64,000 nt of DNA from an uncultured Verrucomicrobiae bacterium. GTDB lineage: Bacteria > Verrucomicrobiota > Verrucomicrobiia > Chthoniobacterales > JAFAMB01. The notes beneath the pieces are model-generated. The model worked only from the letters and a program-made list of their open reading frames with translations. It made no database searches and was not told the origin of the DNA. Where the stretch lies: positions 64,001-128,000 of the forward strand of contig CAWEXO010000013.1 in assembly GCA_963813025.1 (NCBI GenBank). Direction: 5' to 3'. A program made the position numbers and the translations under genes. Positions 61,509 through 64,000 of this stretch are shown one piece after another; position 1 is the first letter of the stretch, and every line of letters begins with the position of its first letter.

Positions 61509-62738
61509 ATGCTCGCCACAGACATGGAATTACAAGTGTCAGAGATCAATGGAGGAATCACCGCGCCGATTGGTTTCCAAGCGGCGGCAACGTCGTGTGG
61601 CATCAAGACCAGCAATTCCGAGCGTGGCGATCTCGGACTGATTGTTTCGGATTTCCCGGCTGTCGGAGCCGGGACCTTCACCACAAACAAAATCAAGGCG
61701 GCGCCTGTCCGGGTCTCTGCGGCCCATCTTCGTTCAAGCGACACGAGGGCGATCCTAGTCAACAGCGGCAACGCCAACGCTTGCACGGGTTCAACTGGCA
61801 TCCTGAATGCGAAACGAAGTGCCGCCCTCGTCGCTCGCGAGCTGAAGGTTCGTGACAAACAGGTGCTGGTTTGTTCGACCGGCCGGATCGGACCGCAATT
61901 GCCAATGGAGAAAATCGAATCGGCGATTCCCGGCCTGGTGGCGAACTTGAGCCGGGATGCAGGCAGGTCCGTAGCGCGGGCGATGATGACCAGCGATACG
62001 TTCGAAAAGGAGATCGCCGTGCAAATCCGACTGGATGAGAAGACGGTTCGGATTGGCGGGATTGCTAAGGGCGCAGGAATGATCAACCCGGAGATGGCGA
62101 CCATGCTCTGCTTCGTCACCACCGATGCGGCAATCGCCAAGAAAGATCTTCAGCGGGTGTTCTTGACGAGCATCGAACAGTCTTTCAATTGCATCACAAT
62201 CGATGGAGACATGAGCACCAATGACACCGCGATCTGCCTGGCCAATGCACAATCCGGCATCGAAACCCTGACGCCTGACGGGGAAGGCTTTGGTCAATTT
62301 TCCGAGGCGCTCAATTTTGTGACGCGCCAGCTCGCCCGAATGATTGTGGAGGATGGTGAAGGAGTGACGAAATTCGTTGAGGTGCATGTGAAAGGTGCAG
62401 CCACTTATCAGGATGCCCGCAAAGCGGCTGAAGCCGTGGCTAATTCCCAGCTCGTCAAATGTGCCTGGTACGGCGAAGATCCGAATTGGGGCCGAATCAT
62501 GGACGCCGTTGGTTACTCGTCCGCTAAGGTTCGCGAGGAAATGACCGATATTTTCTTCAACGGTGTGGTGGCGGCGGAACACGGGATGGCCAGTCCCACC
62601 CCCCCTGACAAGCTCCAGGAAATCCTGCGTAACCAAAAATTTACCGTGACCATTGACCTCCATCTGGGCTCAGCCGAATACAAGGTATTTACGACCGACC
62701 TTACGCCGGAATACGTCAGGTTGAACATGGGTGAATAA
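61509..62738 (+). CDS. argJ: Bifunctional ornithine acetyltransferase/N-acetylglutamate synthase
   Basis: NSGNANA, KGAGMI.P.MAT, DGDMSTND, DGEG, DPNWGR. Confidence 0.96.
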   Translation: MLATDMELQVSEINGGITAPIGFQAAATSCGIKTSNSERGDLGLIVSDFPAVGAGTFTTNKIKAAPVRVSAAHLRSSDTRAILVNSGNANACTGSTGILNAKRSAALVARELKVRDKQVLVCSTGRIGPQLPMEKIESAIPGLVANLSRDAGRSVARAMMTSDTFEKEIAVQIRLDEKTVRIGGIAKGAGMINPEMATMLCFVTTDAAIAKKDLQRVFLTSIEQSFNCITIDGDMSTNDTAICLANAQSGIETLTPDGEGFGQFSEALNFVTRQLARMIVEDGEGVTKFVEVHVKGAATYQDARKAAEAVANSQLVKCAWYGEDPNWGRIMDAVGYSSAKVREEMTDIFFNGVVAAEHGMASPTPPDKLQEILRNQKFTVTIDLHLGSAEYKVFTTDLTPEYVRLNMGE

Positions 62739-63630
62739 ATGGAATGAGGAGCTGATGCAGAGTCGATCGAGCGCTGAGCGAGCGGAGGCTTTGTTGGAAG
62801 CATTGCCCTTCATCCAGCGATTCCGCGGCGTGATCTTTGTGATCAAGTACGGCGGCAGTGCGATGGAGGACGATCACCTCATCGAGCGTCTGCTGAAAGA
62901 CGTCGTATTTTTGGAGGCGGTCGGCATTAATCCAGTGCTGGTGCACGGCGGCGGGAAAGCGATTTCGCAGCGCATGCGCGAATCCGGCCTGACTCCGCGA
63001 TTTGTCGGTGGACTTCGGGTCACCGATAAGACCTCGATAAAGATCGTGACCGATGTCCTGGACGGCGTCATTCGTCCTCGGATCGTGGCGACCATGGAGG
63101 AGTTTGGAGGCAAAGCGATCGGAATATCGGGCCGCGACGTGTTTGTGGCCGGGAAACTGGGTCCGCAGAGCGATGGCAAAGCGATGGTAGACATCGGCTT
63201 TGTTGGAGAAGTGATTTCCCTTGGACTGGAGAAGGTGGAGGCTGCTCTGCGGGCGGAATGTGTTCCAGTGATCTCGCCAATTGCTCAATCGCGGGATGGG
63301 CTCATTCTGAATGTAAATGCGGACATTGCGGCTGGTGCCATGGCTGGGGCGTTGAAAGCTGTGAAGATGATCTATGTGAGCGATGTGCTCGGAGTAATGC
63401 GGGATGTCAAAGATCCTGAATCATTGATTCCGACAGTCAGCCGTCAGGACGCGACCCACTTGATTGAAAAAGGGATCATCGAGGGCGGTATGATCCCCAA
63501 GGTGCACTCAGCAATCACCGCGTTAAATCACGGGGTTGGCAAGGTACACCTGATCGATGGACGGATTCCTCATGCTCTGCTGCTTGAGGTCTTTACCGCC
63601 GACGGTATCGGCACCGAGATCGTCGCGTGA
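62731..63630 (+). CDS. argB: Acetylglutamate kinase
   Basis: IKYGGSAM, VHGGG, NVNAD, GGMIPK. Confidence 0.96.
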   Translation: MNKWNEELMQSRSSAERAEALLEALPFIQRFRGVIFVIKYGGSAMEDDHLIERLLKDVVFLEAVGINPVLVHGGGKAISQRMRESGLTPRFVGGLRVTDKTSIKIVTDVLDGVIRPRIVATMEEFGGKAIGISGRDVFVAGKLGPQSDGKAMVDIGFVGEVISLGLEKVEAALRAECVPVISPIAQSRDGLILNVNADIAAGAMAGALKAVKMIYVSDVLGVMRDVKDPESLIPTVSRQDATHLIEKGIIEGGMIPKVHSAITALNHGVGKVHLIDGRIPHALLLEVFTADGIGTEIVA

Positions 63631-63814
63631 ATCCCTCAGCACCTCCAGCTCGCGGCGCGGGTATTTTTTTGTGGTGGGCGCCTGGAGGCCGCCTTGGTTG
63701 ATAAGGCGTGAATTTAGAGCCCGTGATCTAATAGATCGAGAGGAGGGAAGCAATACTTAAGTTAATGCTTATTTCAGACCAAGGAGCTCATCCCTACGGC
63801 TCCTCGTCTACGCT

Positions 63815-64000
63815 TTACGAAAACTGCGGCAGCCACGCCTTCTGGGCGGCCAACATTTCGTCCACCATGCTCCGGATCTGGTCGAGGGTACAAATCGCTC
63901 CAGTCAGCGGATCGAGCATGACAGCATGGTAGACGGCTCCCCGGTCCCCGGTCAGAGCAGCTTCAACGACCAATTCCTGAACATTAATGCTTGTGCGATT
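63815..64000 (-). CDS. C-terminal end of a family 4 glycoside hydrolase (MelA-like); cut by window edge
   Basis: Manual translation NRTSINVQELVVEAALTGDRGAVYHAVMLDPLT...WLPQFS-stop. Confidence 0.75.
   Translation of the reverse strand, partial: NRTSINVQELVVEAALTGDRGAVYHAVMLDPLTGAICTLDQIRSMVDEMLAAQKAWLPQFS

Overview
About 64 kb of GC-rich bacterial chromosome; gene content and repeat style suggest a soil Verrucomicrobiota (inference, not verified). 1-8.6 kb is a partly decayed catabolic island: TarD-like enolase-superfamily enzyme, two divergent AtzD/barbiturase-family ring-opening amidohydrolases, an amidase, GntR, a class V aminotransferase and a deleted ABC transporter. The rest is mostly housekeeping (trpD, gcvHTP, aguAB, queA, tadA, rpe, purN, glnB, gatCA, kamA-like, degP, rpmI-rplT-pheST, probable 6S RNA, nrdR, dnaB, rplI, infC, thrS, argCJB), with intergenic regions full of REP-like palindromes and periodic inverted repeats. 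The main result is two divergent IS110 elements whose ends, circle-junction promoters and bridge-RNA guide loops can be read from the sequence. One is programmed against, and inserted into, the host's GTAG-type REP repeat. Both carry an identical hairpin with a DnaA box in its stem just inside the left end, a feature I cannot explain from the known bridge-RNA model. Also present: a GxxExxY remnant bracketed by nested inverted repeats, an IS3-derived mini element, and a candidate signal-peptide toxin/immunity pair. Frameshifts in conserved genes (gatA, kamA, aminopeptidase) are probably sequencing indels. No CRISPR array, tRNA or rRNA was recognised.
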